Shown here piece after piece: positions 50,147 through 60,142 of a stretch of 64,000 nucleotides of DNA (its first letter is position 1; each line of letters opens with the position of its first letter). Location of the stretch: NCBI GenBank assembly GCA_900767675.1, contig CAAFZX010000014.1, positions 269-64,268 on the forward strand, written 5' to 3'. The notes below the pieces were generated by a model. That model was not told the origin of the DNA, made no database searches, and saw only the letters and a list, made by a program, of their open reading frames with translations. Position numbers and translations under genes: made by a program. The DNA comes from an uncultured Collinsella sp. (GTDB taxonomy: Bacteria; Actinomycetota; Coriobacteriia; Coriobacteriales; Coriobacteriaceae).

Positions 50147-51904
50147 CTACTCCTGCTCGGACTCCTCAGCCTGCTTACGGCTGCGGATGAGGTGCGCCAC
50201 GCCGATGCACAGCACCGCGCCACCAGCGATCCAAGTGAAAGTCACGCCGTTAAGACCGGTCAGCGGGAGACCAGAGCCCTTCTTGTTCTGGATGGTGACG
50301 GGGATCTCGGTCGAATCAACTTTTTTATCGAGATCAGTGGTAACCATATCAGAGGTGTCAGTTACCTTGAGATTCGTCAGTTTACCGGTTGTCGGATCGT
50401 ACGTAGGCGTCACCGTAATTTCGAAGTCTGCGATGGTGTTGTAGCCTGCAGGCGTCTTGCTCTCAGAAATCAGATATGTGCCTGCAACAAGGCCGGGAAT
50501 AGAGACCGTGTTATTCGTTCCTGTGGTTTCAAACGTATAAGCTTTGTTCTCGTCATCGGTGAAGCTGCCGTCTTGCTTCAGCCATTTAGCGACTTCTTTA
50601 GTCGCCCCTTCCTTGATCATTTTGATCTTAAAGCCAGCAACGAGATTTGCACTCGAATCATTCGGATCGGTCTTAGTGATATTGAAGCCGAAGACATAGT
50701 CGGTGACTTCCTTTGATTCGGAAGTGCCGGTACCCTTAGGCGACATAGGATCGTTGGAATAGACAAGTTTGACCTTGTTGGTGTTACCGGCAGCCGTGTA
50801 TTCGGCATCGCTGGTGAGCTGAGCCCGATAGGTCACAACGACCTTGGAGGTTCCATCAAGAGTCTCACCCACGGAATTTGCAGCAGCCTTGAGATCCTCG
50901 AAGGAGACCTTCAAATCTTGACCTGTCTTATTGTTTGAGCCGTCCGTAGTATCCGTAACCGTCACAGTGTAATTGCCAGATGCGTCAATCTTTTTGCCGT
51001 TGATAGCAACAACAATAGAGCTCTGATCTGCCTTCAGCCCAACAGAGAGATGGTCCTGGAACTCATACTGGTACTTAGTATACGTGGCAATATTGGCCGC
51101 AACAGTACCAGTCAACTTGTAGTCGATTACCTGCCCAATCCAGGCGTCGCCCACGTTCTTCCAGTCATCCGTTGTAGCGTTATCGGCCGTCTTGCCCTTA
51201 GCGTCATCGAGAATCTGCTTATCGACGGTAGGAATGCTGGTCTTCTCGGTAACGGTCACGCTGCTACCGCCGACAACGGCGAAGATGGGCGAGGTACCCG
51301 TGTTCTTCTTTGCCGCTTCGGAAGTGCTAAGGGAAGACTCATCGGTCAGGAACAGGTAGTAACCCGTCTTGGGGGAATTTTTATCATCGTTAGGCACAGT
51401 AAAACTATCGCCTGCCGAGAACGAATTGCCCGTAGCTTCAACGTCCTTTTTAACAATAGCGGCAATCTTGTTGAGAAGGTGATCCTTATTAACAACAGTC
51501 TCAGGAGTAGTGCCGGTAACGTTCTTAGTCAACCAATCGGCCACGTCCTGGGCGGTAACAATATCAGGTTTGGGATCAGAAGTCTTATACTTTGAATCCT
51601 CTTTAATAGCCTCGATGATGGCGTTCTGGGTCGCAGGGTCATCAATTGCCCACTCGACGTTGGAGACGATCTTATCAGTCGCCCCCTCCTCAGTCGGATC
51701 CACAACATCGGCCTTGAAAATCTGGTAGGCCTTGTACGTCACATCGCCATTCTGTGCGTTCTTATTGATCGTGATGCTATTGGTCGTAGTAGTCGCACCC
51801 GCGGCAAACGCCATGGTCACCGGGGCCATGACGCCGCCGAAGCTCAGCGCTGCTGTGAGGCCGGCGGTTACCGCCAGGCGTGCGATGTTCTTGCTCATGC
51901 TCAT
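50147..51904 (-). CDS. Major (backbone) pilin, SpaH/EbpB-like
   Basis: Signal peptide, VTEKTSIPTVDK pilin-like motif, E-box YLISESKTPAGY, LPLTG followed by TM and basic tail. Confidence 0.88.
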   Translation of the reverse strand: MSMSKNIARLAVTAGLTAALSFGGVMAPVTMAFAAGATTTTNSITINKNAQNGDVTYKAYQIFKADVVDPTEEGATDKIVSNVEWAIDDPATQNAIIEAIKEDSKYKTSDPKPDIVTAQDVADWLTKNVTGTTPETVVNKDHLLNKIAAIVKKDVEATGNSFSAGDSFTVPNDDKNSPKTGYYLFLTDESSLSTSEAAKKNTGTSPIFAVVGGSSVTVTEKTSIPTVDKQILDDAKGKTADNATTDDWKNVGDAWIGQVIDYKLTGTVAANIATYTKYQYEFQDHLSVGLKADQSSIVVAINGKKIDASGNYTVTVTDTTDGSNNKTGQDLKVSFEDLKAAANSVGETLDGTSKVVVTYRAQLTSDAEYTAAGNTNKVKLVYSNDPMSPKGTGTSESKEVTDYVFGFNITKTDPNDSSANLVAGFKIKMIKEGATKEVAKWLKQDGSFTDDENKAYTFETTGTNNTVSIPGLVAGTYLISESKTPAGYNTIADFEITVTPTYDPTTGKLTNLKVTDTSDMVTTDLDKKVDSTEIPVTIQNKKGSGLPLTGLNGVTFTWIAGGAVLCIGVAHLIRSRKQAEESEQE

Positions 51905-52012
51905 CTTCTTTTCCCCCGTTTTCCGATTGGTTCTCATTTGATCGATCATCATCTGTCTGTGTCTTAGCATTTACTTCGCTACGTCTCGCCCCGCTCTCTG
52001 TGGGGCTGCCAG

Positions 52013-53680
52013 CTACTCTTTATGGCTGCCACCTCCCCGCTTGACCAGGAGCGCGACCACGATGAGCGCAGCTCCAGCGACCGCTGCGGCGGCCACGGCG
52101 TACATTGCCATATCGCCAGTCGAGGGCATAAAGCCTCCGGTGAAGATGCTAGGGGGCGTGCCGGCGGGCGTGTTGATGAGCGACGCCTCCAGGCTGCCCG
52201 TCGACCCGTCCGCGCTGTCGGCGCGCAGGGGCGACTCGGCCGTAATGGTGAGCTTGGGCTTGGCGGCGGCCACCTGGTCGACGTCCAGGCCCTCGGCCTT
52301 GACCGTCACGGAGCGCGTACCCTCAAAGGCGGTGTAGCCCTTGGGCGCCTTGAGCTCGCGGACCTCCAGCTTGCCCGAGTCCACGCCCGAGACGGTCACG
52401 CGGCCGTCCTCGCCTGTGGTGACGGTAGCCTTGCCCTCCGCATCCCACGTGCCATCGGCTGCCAGCGTGCGACCGCGGTCGTCGGTGATGCTCAGGACCG
52501 CCCCGGGCAGCGGCTTGTCGCCGTTGCTGCTGCGCTTGGTCAGCGCGAGATCCCAGGTGTAGACAGTCGCATCGTCGCTCGGCGTGCGGGTGAAGCCAGC
52601 GTCGCCGGACTGGTCGGCAAAGGGAGAGCGCGGGTAGCGCAGGTAGACCTCGTTGGGATTGCCCTTCGCGATGCCGTGGTTGCAGCCGGCGGCGAGCGGT
52701 GCATTGTACACGGCGACCACGCGGGCGCCCGCAGTGAAAGCGTCGGCCCCGCTGAGCACGGCGATCAGGTCGCCGGTGCGCACGGTGAAGGTCCCGTCCG
52801 CGGCCACCTTGGTGGTGCAAGACGCCGTGATGTCGGTCCAGCCCTGTGCGGGCTCGGTACCGGCGCGCCCGTCCTTGCCGGTCGAGACGGCATCGAAGCC
52901 GCCGTCCGCCCCGGCAGCCACGTACACGTGCATGCTCGCGGCGACCTTGGAGGGGTCGAGCCCCGCGCTCATGGTGTCGACGAACTGCACCGCGTAGGTG
53001 TCGTAGGCGGCAAGGCCCGCGGGAATCGTAGCCGAGAGGCGCCAGTACAGGTCGTCGCCGACCGTGGCGTCGGCGGCCTTGCCCCAGGCGGCGGTGCTGT
53101 CCTCCAGCACGTGCTTGGCCACCTTGGGAGTGGCGGCCTTGGGCTTGACGGTGACGGCGCTGCCGCCGACCAGAACCATGACCGGCGCGGTGCCGGCCTC
53201 GTTCTGGGAGATGGCGTCGTCGTCGGCGACGATGAGCCAGTAGCCACAGGGCAGCTCGGCCGCCGTGCCCGCGTTGAGGGCCACGGACACGGCGCCAGAG
53301 CTCCGGAGGGAACGAGCGAGCTGTGCGCTCAGCGCGCTCGTAAGGTGGGAATCGGTGTTGAGCCGCTCGGCAGCTTCCTGCGCGGTGGCCTGGGAATTGG
53401 GCATACCGGCGCTATGCAGCACAGGCAGCACGGCGTCGCGCACGGCGTCGCTTGCCCAGACAAGGTCGGTGGCGATTTTGGCATCGTTGTCGTCATCGAT
53501 GACGTTGGCGCTAAAGATCTGGTAGGCGTTGTAGCTGCGCGCCACGGTACCGCCCACCGTGATGGATCCGGTCGTACTCGGCGCGGCCTGCGCGGATGCG
53601 GGGAACACAACCGCGCAGATGCCGATCAGGAGGGCAAGCAGCGCAAACAAGATCGGGAAGGAGCAAACTTTCTTATTCAC
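52013..53680 (-). CDS. Ancillary pilin with isopeptide domains
   Basis: Signal peptide, YNAYQIF, VRELKAPKGY, MPSTG sorting signal; GTG start after GGGAGG. Confidence 0.85.
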   Translation of the reverse strand: MNKKVCSFPILFALLALLIGICAVVFPASAQAAPSTTGSITVGGTVARSYNAYQIFSANVIDDDNDAKIATDLVWASDAVRDAVLPVLHSAGMPNSQATAQEAAERLNTDSHLTSALSAQLARSLRSSGAVSVALNAGTAAELPCGYWLIVADDDAISQNEAGTAPVMVLVGGSAVTVKPKAATPKVAKHVLEDSTAAWGKAADATVGDDLYWRLSATIPAGLAAYDTYAVQFVDTMSAGLDPSKVAASMHVYVAAGADGGFDAVSTGKDGRAGTEPAQGWTDITASCTTKVAADGTFTVRTGDLIAVLSGADAFTAGARVVAVYNAPLAAGCNHGIAKGNPNEVYLRYPRSPFADQSGDAGFTRTPSDDATVYTWDLALTKRSSNGDKPLPGAVLSITDDRGRTLAADGTWDAEGKATVTTGEDGRVTVSGVDSGKLEVRELKAPKGYTAFEGTRSVTVKAEGLDVDQVAAAKPKLTITAESPLRADSADGSTGSLEASLINTPAGTPPSIFTGGFMPSTGDMAMYAVAAAAVAGAALIVVALLVKRGGGSHKE

Positions 53681-56600
53681 GACGCTCACCTCCCTTCGCA
53701 TTCGCCTTGCGACGAATGTGCATCCAGGCCGCAGCAGCGCAAAGCACCGCCGCGCCGGCAAGGTACGTCAGAGTGACGCCCGACATACCAGAAAGGGGCA
53801 AAGAGGTGGAGTAGGTGTTGGTGAAGGTGGGAGTGGACTTGGGCTTGGTAGTATCGGATCCATCGTTGTAATTCACGGGAGTCTGCTTGCCTTCGTCGAT
53901 GGCATTACCGTCAGCATCCTTGATCTGGGTGTAGGTCACCTTCGTGGCAGTGATCGTGCCATCTTTCTGATCCGTCATTGTGACATCAAATCGATAGACC
54001 GACTGATCGAACTTGTAATGCGGATAGGTCGTGCTTTCGTCCTGCTCGCGCACATAATACGTGAAGGTCTTAGATCCATTTTCAAGGTCCTTGAGCAGAT
54101 AGCGCTTCGTCACGAATTCGACCGGCGCAGTCTTGTTTTCGTCGGGTGTAGCTTTCGACGGATCGACTGTTCCCGTTTCCGGATTGGTGAAGTTCTCGTC
54201 GTTCGCAAGTTCAAACTTGAACTTCTTCAGCTCGCCGCCGACGACCTTCTTGGTCACCTGAGGTGTCCAAGAGCCCTTGGGTTTGTATGCATTAGTAAAG
54301 GTGTTGTCGGTGTTGCCATCGGTGATCTTAATGGAGACATTGCTACCGTTGGTCGGAGTAATCGTATTCAGCGGCTCATTACTCTTGAGATTAGTGACCC
54401 TTACATTCGTAACTAAATAGTAGGTGTAATTAATATCCAGCACCGGCCGATTTTCGGTCGTAGTTGTAAGCTCAATCTTGTAGATGGTCTGGTCGTAGTC
54501 CACGCCAGGGACGCGATCCTCAACGCTGCCGGGGTCCTCAACGAGGTAGTAGACGCTCGTTCCATCGGAGTTGACCCTGCCCAAATCAAAGACAAAGTTA
54601 CCTTCAGCGTCGTTCGTGACCCCATCGCCATCGCCAACTTTTAAACAGCCATTAAGCTGCAATTTGCCATCATTATTATTAAAGCTAGGAACATCACCAC
54701 TCTTGCCCGGCTCCAAGAGTTGGAACCTGAATTTTCCCGCATCATCCGCAGTAAGCGCGCGGCCTTCCAGTGCCTTAGTGCCGTTGAGCTTCATCTTGGG
54801 ATACACGTTCACCTGCGTGGTGGAGCCAGCGATTACGTCGCCGTTGGTCATGATGCCGCCACCGTGAATATTGGATCTGTTGCCCGTGATGAAGAGGGAC
54901 GCAGCCGCGGTAGCAGCATCCATATCTTCCCGAATCGGCTCAGATTTAAGGCCAATCATGTACTTAGCTTGGGCGCCCTCGTACTTGCCGATAGACGTTT
55001 GCGTATTGTCGATCGTGCCCGACCAATTGGCAGCTCCGCCACCAAGCATCTGTCCCGTTACGGCAGCGATATACGGCAGCGATTCAGCGTTAGCACTATC
55101 GCGAATAAGAAAAAGATCCTGGTGACCGGCTTTTTTAAAGTCTTCAGTTATTTCGCCGCCTTCGTGGTTAGGGCGCCAATCCGCGTCATCGTTCTTGTCG
55201 TGGGTGCCGCCCGATCGGTTATAACCACTACCGTCAGGTTTACCGTCAGAATTACCGAAAATCGCGATGCCATTGGTATCGGTAATGGCAGTCTTACCAG
55301 TCGGGCAAGCGGCAAACCCGCCGCCAAAGCCATTGGCATGATTGTTGGTAATCAGCGCGTTATATATATTGAGGCTCGCCGGCTGAACGTTGTTGTCGCT
55401 GCTGCCCTGGACGAATACGCCACCGCCGCCCCAGTCGTTGGTGGTATTGGTCGTATTGTTAGTGATGTAGGCTTTCTTGCCGCTCACATTAAATTCGCCA
55501 ACTGTAGGCGCAGCGATACGGATGCCGCCACCCTCTGAGTTTTGCGCCACATTGCTGGCGATGATTCCATCATAAAACGCAAACCCGGAAAGAGGTTTAT
55601 TCCAAGCGCCAGCATAAACGCCGCCGCCAGCCTCGGCAGAGTAGTTGCCCGTGATGTAGCCGCCGCTAATAATCAGACCGCCTTTTTTCTGTCCCTGATT
55701 GTGGCTAAAGGCAGCAATGCCGCCACCACCGTGACAACCGTTACCTTTGTGTCCTTCATCGGTATAGAACTGATATTTGTTGTTAGTAATGTAACCATTC
55801 GTAATGGTCACCATAGAGTCCTCAGCACAAACTCCCGCGCCATAACCGACTTCATTATCATTTGTACCGTTACCGGAGATAATACCGCCAACCATGTTTA
55901 CCGTAGAATTCAGGGCATAAACGCCGCCGCCACTGGGGGCATAGTTACCAGCGATTACGCCGTCAGAGATCTCCAGGGTTGAGCCCTCAACATGAATTCC
56001 AGCACCAGCACCACTGCTGCCTATAGAAGCACCACAAACGTATCCGCCACCCATGTTGACGGTAGATCCCGTCTCGGCATAAATCAGGTTGCCAACATTT
56101 GCGTCCTGAGTCGTGGCCAGCACGCCGCTTTGAAGGTTAAACGTACCGCCACGGACGTTGATGAGCCTCATCGTAGAGTGAGCAGTGGTGCCCACGATGG
56201 CGCCATTGATGGCAACCTCATGCTTGAAAAGGGTCTCGGTAGTAACAGTGTCACTCGAAGTCGACTCAGTCACGTAGTAAGTGAGCTTACTGGGCGTTGT
56301 GCCGTCGTAATCGAGCTTAGCAAGGTTGCCGTTTTTGTCGCCACCCTGCTCGAACTTGTTATCAGCCGCCTGCTGCAAATCCTCAATCGTGAGCGTCGCA
56401 CCCTCGGGCACATTGAACATGGACATGTTGGACGACTTGCCAGACTCCACGCCCGAGTGTTTGATCTTATGGCCGTTGAGGTCGATGGTGGTTTCACCCT
56501 GGCCAAGCGTAATGTCGCTTGCATACTCAATATCGTGATTCAAGCGATATTTGCCGGCCTTTTTATCATTTTGAAGGTAGCGAGATAGGTCGTCTGCAGA

Positions 56601-57008
56601 ATTAATCAGCGTATATTCGGTCGCATCCTCCGCAACAGGTGGAATTGTGCCCTCATTGCTAGCGTCATCCGCGGTCTGCTCGGCATCCTCGTCCTGCGAG
56701 TCTTCCTCGGACAGCCCCTCAGACTGGACATCATCTCCAGTCTCGCCACCCTCAGCGTCGTCACTATTCTGGTTTTCGGTATCCCCGTTGTTGGTGTTTT
56801 CTACATCAGTAGACTCAGTTGAGGAACCCCCCCCCATCACAGTTTCCTCGGTAGGAGCTGCCTGGGCATCGTTGGCAATGGCCTGCGAGATCGGGGGCAT
56901 GACGAGCGACAGTACCAGGCTCAAAACGGAGGCTCCGCACAAAACGCCTGCCAGTACACGGCGCGTCGCTTTATTACTTTGCTTAGATTTGTCTGAATTT
57001 GCTTTCAT
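53673..57008 (-). CDS. Tip adhesin/pilin with Gly-rich beta-helix-like region and Spy0128-like repeats
   Basis: Repeated ITGN..A..GGG motifs, GTKALEGR/YYLVED/YDQTIY Ig-like units, FTNTY and LPLSG sorting signal. Confidence 0.85.
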   Translation of the reverse strand: MKANSDKSKQSNKATRRVLAGVLCGASVLSLVLSLVMPPISQAIANDAQAAPTEETVMGGGSSTESTDVENTNNGDTENQNSDDAEGGETGDDVQSEGLSEEDSQDEDAEQTADDASNEGTIPPVAEDATEYTLINSADDLSRYLQNDKKAGKYRLNHDIEYASDITLGQGETTIDLNGHKIKHSGVESGKSSNMSMFNVPEGATLTIEDLQQAADNKFEQGGDKNGNLAKLDYDGTTPSKLTYYVTESTSSDTVTTETLFKHEVAINGAIVGTTAHSTMRLINVRGGTFNLQSGVLATTQDANVGNLIYAETGSTVNMGGGYVCGASIGSSGAGAGIHVEGSTLEISDGVIAGNYAPSGGGVYALNSTVNMVGGIISGNGTNDNEVGYGAGVCAEDSMVTITNGYITNNKYQFYTDEGHKGNGCHGGGGIAAFSHNQGQKKGGLIISGGYITGNYSAEAGGGVYAGAWNKPLSGFAFYDGIIASNVAQNSEGGGIRIAAPTVGEFNVSGKKAYITNNTTNTTNDWGGGGVFVQGSSDNNVQPASLNIYNALITNNHANGFGGGFAACPTGKTAITDTNGIAIFGNSDGKPDGSGYNRSGGTHDKNDDADWRPNHEGGEITEDFKKAGHQDLFLIRDSANAESLPYIAAVTGQMLGGGAANWSGTIDNTQTSIGKYEGAQAKYMIGLKSEPIREDMDAATAAASLFITGNRSNIHGGGIMTNGDVIAGSTTQVNVYPKMKLNGTKALEGRALTADDAGKFRFQLLEPGKSGDVPSFNNNDGKLQLNGCLKVGDGDGVTNDAEGNFVFDLGRVNSDGTSVYYLVEDPGSVEDRVPGVDYDQTIYKIELTTTTENRPVLDINYTYYLVTNVRVTNLKSNEPLNTITPTNGSNVSIKITDGNTDNTFTNAYKPKGSWTPQVTKKVVGGELKKFKFELANDENFTNPETGTVDPSKATPDENKTAPVEFVTKRYLLKDLENGSKTFTYYVREQDESTTYPHYKFDQSVYRFDVTMTDQKDGTITATKVTYTQIKDADGNAIDEGKQTPVNYNDGSDTTKPKSTPTFTNTYSTSLPLSGMSGVTLTYLAGAAVLCAAAAWMHIRRKANAKGGERRE

Positions 57009-57546
57009 CGATGTCTCCTCCCCAAGAGACCGCGATCTTGCTCTTTCACCATCAAACTTGGGCGCGCAACCTATAATTGCTCGCGCTCGATATGCATATT
57101 ATTATTCTTTGTTTAAACAACGCAAGCCTAACAATGTCAATTTTACTTCGCGTTGCCTTAACTTCTTGACAATTATTCAAGCTATGCATTGTTTTTCGAG
57201 GGTTAAATGTCGGAAAGATGCTGGTAAACTCGTTAGCAAATCTAGATAAATGACACTTTACCATTGTTTGTACAACATTTTGTTTTAACCCGCTCAATCT
57301 GTGAACGGTCAAAATTGCGCCATGAATGGCAATATATCTACCTGCAAATATTAGTTTTGAGCTAATTGGTCAATTACTGCACAACCAGCGTATGCCGACA
57401 TGTTCATATATCGACACTTGAATGACATCACATGTTACCGGCTGCAAATCTCCTCGCTACAAAAAAGCGTTCCAACAATCGACTGTTGGAACGCTTGGAA
57501 AACCACCACAAAGGCGCTCTGCCCTCTTTGTGGCTGCCCCCAGGCG

Positions 57547-58368
57547 TTACAGAAGATGTTCCTCGATAAAGATCGCGATGCCGTCATTGTCGTTGCTGGC
57601 GGTTACAAAGTCGGCGGCGGAGCGGGTGGCCTCGCTGCCATTTGCCATGGCCACACCCACGCCGGCGTCAGCCACCATGCAGGTGTCGTTATCGGCATCT
57701 CCAAACACGCAGATGTTCTGGAGCTCCATGTCGTTGAGCTCCGCCACGCGCACAAGGCCGCGCGTCTTGGACACGCGCGGATCCATGAACTCGTAGAGCC
57801 GCTGCGTGGTTTGCAGAGCCGCCGCCTTAACAGTATCATCGGCAAACGTCAATGCTCGCTCAATCACCCGCGGCATTACCTCGGGCGCCATGGTAAACAT
57901 CACCTTGGGCTGCGGCTCGCGCAAAAACTCGGCAAAATCGACCACCTGGTAGGGCACGCCGTCGACGCGCGACAGGTGCTCGACGCACGCGTTGCTCTCG
58001 GGCACGTAGAACACGCCGTCTCGGGGGCAGACGGGCGTTGCCGGCAGGCCCGCCATGTGCTTGCAGATGCGCGCGATGGTCTCGCCCGGCAGCGGATAGC
58101 TCAGCTCGTTGATGTCGTGCGCGCGGTCGATGACCTCGGCGCCACCGCAGCCCACGAGCACGTCCACCAGGCCTTCGATGCCCCAGAGCTCGTACATGGC
58201 CTCGGTCGCGTGGGCGTCGCGCCCGGTGCACAGGCCAAAGAGCACGCCGCGCTCGCGCAGGGCGCGGATCGCCGCCACGGTGCGCGGGGACACCGTGTGC
58301 TGGCTCGTGAGCAGCGTACCGTCGATATCGCAGAACACGGCTTTGATGCGGCTGAAGGTGGTGTCCAT
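57547..58368 (-). CDS. Cof-type HAD hydrolase
   Basis: DIDGTLL, CTGR, VSK, FGDADND. Confidence 0.92.
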   Translation of the reverse strand: MDTTFSRIKAVFCDIDGTLLTSQHTVSPRTVAAIRALRERGVLFGLCTGRDAHATEAMYELWGIEGLVDVLVGCGGAEVIDRAHDINELSYPLPGETIARICKHMAGLPATPVCPRDGVFYVPESNACVEHLSRVDGVPYQVVDFAEFLREPQPKVMFTMAPEVMPRVIERALTFADDTVKAAALQTTQRLYEFMDPRVSKTRGLVRVAELNDMELQNICVFGDADNDTCMVADAGVGVAMANGSEATRSAADFVTASNDNDGIAIFIEEHLL

Positions 58369-58525
58369 GGGGGCCTTTCTGGGTTGTGCGGCGGTGTGGG
58401 GTGTATTCGCAAACGGCGTACATGGTATACCAAGGCGCAGACGCGTCCCGTCAAAGCAAAAACCACCACAAAGGCGCCTGGCCCCTTTGTGGTGGCAGGA
58501 TGCAGGATGGCCTGGCCCAGGGCAC

Positions 58526-58590
58526 AAACCATCACAACATTCGATGTTTTTCGGCAAAATCGCGATTATCATCGAATGTTGTGATGGTTT
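58526..58590. repeat. 65-bp spaced palindrome, copy B
   Basis: Same 19-bp arms and 27-bp spacer; abuts the MFS stop codon. Confidence 0.92.
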
Positions 58591-59877
58591 TTACTGCCTT
58601 GCGGCACGATCAAAATGCCGGCGTCCAAACAGCAGCAACGCCGCAGGAACCGCCGTCACGACCATGCCTGCCCCCACGAGTGTCCGTTGTACGCCAAATG
58701 TTGCCGCCAGCCACGGTGCAACCGCCAGAGGGGCCACGCCGGCGAACATATTGCCAAAGCCCATGACCGAGTTCACGCGGCCGAGTTGCTCGAGCGGCGC
58801 CGTCGTTTGCACGATGGTGTTATGGAGCGGATTGACGACACCCCAGGCTATGCCCAGGGCGATCTGGCCGACGAGGGCCACACCCACGTACGGCGTCCCC
58901 ACATAGAGCAGGCTTCCCAGGCCCACGGACATGAGCGCCACGAGCAGCGTTTTTAGGTTTACCAAGTGCGGCGGCAAGCGGAGCGCGAGCACGGCACCCA
59001 GCACCGCGCCCACGCCCGAAGCCGACGAGAGCCAGCCCATCCACTCAACGCCGACGCGCAGGACATCGCGATAGAAAAACGACTCCAGTGGATCGAAGGC
59101 ACCGTAGCCAAAGTTCGAGAGGAAGATGATGCAGAAAAGTAGCGCGAGGACGCTGTTGGTGAAGACCGTCTTGATGCTGGTCGCGAAGGTGACACGGGAA
59201 GATGCGCTGGGGCTGGGGCTTTGCCCGACCTTGTCCGATGTGATATCACCGATCGCGGGCCTGCCTTCGTGCCCGACGACCTGGCCCGCTCGTGGCTTAA
59301 AGCCCCAACCGGCGACGAACGCCAGTACGGTAAAGATCATCATGAGCACAAACACCGCGCGCGACGACGCAGCAGCCGCGACAAAGCCACCCAACGTGGG
59401 TCCGACGATAATACTCACGTTTGAGAACATGGCGATGGCGGAGTTGATGTCTTTGAGCTCGACGGGATCATCGGTGAGGTAGGCCGGATAGGATGTGGCA
59501 ATGGGCTGGGCGAATCCCATCGTAAAGCCCAGAAACACCGCGCCGAGCAGGACGACGCCGGTCGCGCTACCAAAGGCGATGATTGCCGTGCCAGTTGCGA
59601 GAGCGCCGATGGTGCTCAGCAAGAAATGGCGGCGCGGACCCCATGCGTCGAGCGCAGCGCCGCCCGCAAAGGATCCCAAGATCACGAAAACGTTCATAAA
59701 CAGGACGGCCAGCGACGTCGCGACGACCGAGGCGTCGTCCGCATAGGTAAGCGTTCCGATGACGCCGATAAAATAACTAGTCTGAAACCCCGTGTAGATG
59801 AGAAAGCGCATCGCCACCAGGCGCTTGGCCTGCACGGACAGCAATGATTGAGGCTTTGAGAAAAGAGAGACGAGCAT
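58591..59877 (-). CDS. MFS transporter
   Basis: About 12 hydrophobic segments; GAALDAWGPRR motif A; QLGRVNS. Confidence 0.88.
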   Translation of the reverse strand: MLVSLFSKPQSLLSVQAKRLVAMRFLIYTGFQTSYFIGVIGTLTYADDASVVATSLAVLFMNVFVILGSFAGGAALDAWGPRRHFLLSTIGALATGTAIIAFGSATGVVLLGAVFLGFTMGFAQPIATSYPAYLTDDPVELKDINSAIAMFSNVSIIVGPTLGGFVAAAASSRAVFVLMMIFTVLAFVAGWGFKPRAGQVVGHEGRPAIGDITSDKVGQSPSPSASSRVTFATSIKTVFTNSVLALLFCIIFLSNFGYGAFDPLESFFYRDVLRVGVEWMGWLSSASGVGAVLGAVLALRLPPHLVNLKTLLVALMSVGLGSLLYVGTPYVGVALVGQIALGIAWGVVNPLHNTIVQTTAPLEQLGRVNSVMGFGNMFAGVAPLAVAPWLAATFGVQRTLVGAGMVVTAVPAALLLFGRRHFDRAARQ

Positions 59878-60142
59878 GGAGACTCCTTGTTTCATACGAA
59901 TGCGGACGGCGGGCATTCGCCACCGTCTATCGAATCAATCAATCCGCATGAAACATTAAGGACGCATCGAGCCCCTTCTCTCCGTTTTCCGTCCGCCATG
60001 AACTACTTGGTAGATTGTAAGGCATGTCCCACACATCTACCAAAGCAAAAACCACCACAAAGGTGCCTGGCCCCTTTGTGGTGGAAATGACGTTTGCCCA
60101 GATAAAACCCGCCAAAACAAACCTGTCCCTTTTTGGCGGGTT

